From Botryllus schlosseri (lineage: Eukaryota): a stretch of 64,000 bases of DNA. The stretch is taken from NCBI GenBank assembly GCA_051294905.1, contig CM119373.1:33914001-33978000 (forward strand). Direction: 5' to 3'. The position numbers were made by a program, and so were the translations under genes. Shown piece after piece: positions 60,616-64,000 of this stretch (positions are counted from its first letter, which is position 1; each line of letters begins with the position of its first letter). The notes under the pieces were generated by a model. It worked only from the letters and a program-made list of their open reading frames with translations, did not search any database and was not told where the DNA came from.

Positions 60616-63443
60616 CAGTGGTTCCCAACCTGGGGGTAAATTACCCCCCGGGGGTAATTTGGCATTTTTGGGGGGGTAAAAAGGGGTCGGATTTTAAGTA
60701 AAAAAATAATTGTTGTATTCATTGTTTTCTTCGTACTTTTGTGAAAAAAAATATAAAAATTCAAAGGTGACTTTCGTCAGTGGGTGTGCACAGCTTTTCC
60801 AAACTTCATAATGGCGCCGTCCTATCATAGCAATTTACAGCGTAGCTGGCATGGAGAGTTCCATCTGAATACGATCGATGTTGTGGTTTACAGCGACACC
60901 TATCGCTAGCGTAATACTTTTTAGCCGTCATTCAGATTTCAGAACAGAGATGTAAACATTAGCCGTACTAACGCTGTCTTCCGATACTTGTGGAGATCAT
61001 TTCAATAGTTGCTAAATTAGGATATATAAAAGCAATGTTTTCTTCTGTGTGATGACTGCATCTATTCTGCTGAAGCAGATTCCGAGTGTACATTATTCCA
61101 ACGAGTGGAACCTGCCTGATTTTTTACATTCTGTATATTTATATCCAGTTATTGCAAATACTCCAGAAAGAACATATTTACAGTGGCCATAATGTGACAA
61201 CTTGATTGAACAGTGAGCAGTCCGAGCACTTATGTATGAACTACAGACTGACAATATGTGAACCAAGAATGAGTGCAAATTTTGCTGACCTAACTATAAA
61301 AGTTGAAATTCCAACTGCAACTCCATACGCTGACAGATCAGTGACATCATTTTTCCAAAAATAGTCAAGTAACTTCTTCTACGATGATATGCGGAGGCTT
61401 CTGTGTTATACCGTGTATTTATCGACGGTTGTGTAAATGCGCATTGCGCAACGACGTGAACTACCGTACTGGTATTGGGATACGCGTTACAGCACGGCTC
61501 ATCTCCGCTCAGTGGCGTCACAATCATACGAAAAGTTAATCGGCGATTGTCGGCCGGCGACCCCATTGTGTGAAACAATGACGATTTAAGACTTTGAAGT
61601 CAATTTTCAGAGGGTTTCAGTTCCCGGGCCGGATTTCCACTTATGTTTTTGGAATCAGTGCGAAATTTGCTTTCGATTGATACCAGTTTCATTTACTTTT
61701 GTGCTCTGGTCCCAGCTGGAAGATTACCCAGAAACACACTAAAGCAGGTTGAAGCAGCAGCATCTGTACGCCACCACTGGAGGCAGTGCAAAACGCAACA
61801 TTGCTTACGGAGTTTCCATGCCAGCTACGCTGTAAATTGCTATGGTCCTATACTTCTTGAAGTTGTTTTTTTTCCTCCGTGACTGCTCTCATAGCTCATA
61901 GGTCAGTTTATAATTGAGTTTGTTAGAGATTTTATTCTTTGTGTGATAAAAGTTCCTTATTACCACATTACTTCACCTTAGCATTTGATGCACTCTAATC
62001 ATCCGCTTTTTACGCTCCTCAGAAGAACTGTCATTATGCCGGGCAAGAAGCGACATTATGCAGAGGCGTTTTTGAATCACGGCTTTGTAAACACACCACA
62101 ACTGAATGGTGACGATCGACCACAGTGTGTCATTTGTCTCAAAGTTTTGACCAACGAAAGCCTAAAGCCGTCAAAACTGAACGAGCACCTCATGAAGCGT
62201 CATCCGCTACTGGCCGGAAAGAGTCGAGGATACTTTGAGGGCAAATCGAAGCAACTTCGAGGCATTCAATTTGGATCAGGTGGCATGGCTTCGGAGAAGC
62301 TAACGGCCGCTGTTGAAGTTTCGTACGAGGTGGCATACCGAATTGCAAAAAGTTCCAAGAACCACACAATCGCAGAAGACCTTATTATGCCTTGTACCAA
62401 GTTGATCGTTTCCAAAATGTGTGGGGAAGATCAGGCCAAGAAGCTGGAAGGAGTATCAGTCTCGAACACCACAATTCGAAGAAGGGTTGATGATCTTGCA
62501 GCTGACATCCTTGCCCAAGTCGTTGCCGAAGTGAAGGCAAGTCCTCACAAAATGTTTTCTCTCCAGTTCGATGAATCCACGGATGTAAGCAGCTGCGCAG
62601 TTTTACTCGGATACGTTCGATACATTCACGAGTACTCTGTCAAGGAGGAATTTTTGCTTGCCAAGAACTTGAAGACAACAACGAAAGGAGAAGATATCTT
62701 CAACCTTGTGAACGATTTCTTGGGCATGCACGGTTTGGAGTGGAACAATGTGCAGCAAATCTCTGTTGACGGCTGTCCCGCTATGATGGGTGGAAACCGC
62801 GGTTTCAGGGGCTTTGTGCAGCGGGAAAACTCGGACATTCATGTGGATCATTGCGCACTGCACCGCTACTCGCTTGCGTCCAAATCTCTGCCGGAGAGCT
62901 TGAAAATAGTGTTCGACCAAGCAGTGAAGGTTGTAAACTTCATAAAAGCGAAGGAGTTGAACAGTCGTCTTTTCAAGGAACTGTGCAAGGAGATGGGGCA
63001 AAAATATGAGGCATTACTGTACCACACAGAGGTGCGGAATCGCCTGGATGTCGAAAACGACGCAAGAATTGCCCTCAGTACAACCAAACCCAGAATTGCA
63101 AAGCTAGTGGTAGATATGCAAGCTCAACCTTCGCACTGATTGAATATTATCTTTGTCATTCCACGACAGTTGTCTTGGTGTTTGCTATCCCTTGCTTGCA
63201 TTTGTTCCTTGGCAACGAACGTCTGCAGCCTTTTTCCACTGATAAACCAATTTATTTCTCTTTCAAACTTGATGTCGCTTTTTCTCAGGTCGGTCTCTCC
63301 CTCAGGTAAAACTCCCATCCTGGACTGGACGATCGTTTTTGAGTGTTTAGTGATGAAACGTGGTTTTGATGGAAGAGGGGGGTAAAAACCTGTCTGGAAA
63401 GTCTGGTTTTGGGTAACGGGGAGAAAAAGGTTGGGAACCACTG
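60616..63443 (+). mobile_element. Buster-type hAT DNA transposon, deletion derivative (2828 bp)
   Basis: Perfect 15-bp TIR CAGTGGTTCCCAACC; perfect 8-bp TSD ctcTAatc; empty site at ~1858-1865. Confidence 0.95.
62036..63139 (+). CDS. hAT (Buster/ZBED5-like) transposase, internally deleted in frame
   Basis: BED finger (CVIC...HLMKRH), FDESTD, VDG and HCALH motifs, C-terminal QAQPSH; YHTEVR joined directly to NRLDVEND. Confidence 0.88.
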   Translation: MPGKKRHYAEAFLNHGFVNTPQLNGDDRPQCVICLKVLTNESLKPSKLNEHLMKRHPLLAGKSRGYFEGKSKQLRGIQFGSGGMASEKLTAAVEVSYEVAYRIAKSSKNHTIAEDLIMPCTKLIVSKMCGEDQAKKLEGVSVSNTTIRRRVDDLAADILAQVVAEVKASPHKMFSLQFDESTDVSSCAVLLGYVRYIHEYSVKEEFLLAKNLKTTTKGEDIFNLVNDFLGMHGLEWNNVQQISVDGCPAMMGGNRGFRGFVQRENSDIHVDHCALHRYSLASKSLPESLKIVFDQAVKVVNFIKAKELNSRLFKELCKEMGQKYEALLYHTEVRNRLDVENDARIALSTTKPRIAKLVVDMQAQPSH

Positions 63444-63739
63444 CTCTAATCCAAACCATGTAACAAATGTTACGATCTGAGGTGAGAAGTGACAAATGAT
63501 TACGGTACGGTACTGACATCGTACGCCCCTTTCCATGAAAAGGTATATCGTCAACGAGAGTTTGACGCTATTTTCTCAATGTGGAAGCGTCAAAACCGAA
63601 TTCACAGGATCCAAAACTCATAGCACAGAGCTTCGCAGGTTACTGGTGATTACATTTCAGCCAAGTCATAATCAAGCCACAGCATTATCACAGAGTGAAA
63701 AGAAATCGGCATGGTCACCATATTATTTACCACCTAGGC

Positions 63740-64000
63740 CAGTGGTTCTCAACTGGTGGGGAATTCGATGGTTGGTATCTGGTGGGGTATAGACACATTT
63801 GTAAACCTTAATATACAGGATAGTCTACCACACATGCACGATTACCGTTACCAGTTAACTACTCTGGACTGTATAAATCAAAACTCATAAATTGAAACTG
63901 TCCTCGAAGGACGCCTAAATGTCCATTTAGTCAACACAATACTATCGGTTGACAATTTTCAAACCACCAGTTTTCTTGAAGCATTCAGAATTCATACCAA
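63740..64000. mobile_element. Old hAT-type MITE, paralog of 2164..2557, cut by window end
   Basis: CAGTGGTTCTCAACT followed by sequence matching 2164-2420. Confidence 0.5.

Noticed and set aside
61993-62000. Third copy of the hAT TSD octamer ctctaatc inside the element
   Set aside because: No adjacent TIR; consistent with chance.

Overview
Eukaryotic, AT-rich, invertebrate-like genomic DNA; the species cannot be identified from the sequence. The window is a tandem array of two gene types, all on the minus strand. There are 11 BTB-BACK-Kelch (KLHL-like) loci (K1-K11, left to right) and 7 poly-C2H2 zinc-finger loci (Z1-Z7), each with an intron-free CDS. In transcription order the usual pattern is Kelch -> ZNF -> Kelch. 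K3, K4, K5, K8, K11 and Z1, Z2, Z4, Z5 are intact, and K1 is open to the window edge. The rest carry frameshifts, nonsense codons, deletions or TE insertions. Spacers hold many hAT-type MITEs with 8-bp TSDs, a recent BEL/Pao LTR element inside K10, a Buster-type hAT element with an in-frame internally deleted transposase, and a foldback element. The best candidate for an undescribed system is the co-duplicating Kelch+ZNF cassette. Its BTB cores and terminal fingers are conserved, while the Kelch substrate-face loops and central finger helices are hypervariable. Conserved 5'UTR introns and a conserved uORF suggest regulated expression. Alignments were done by eye; no dN/dS, database search or expression data were available.
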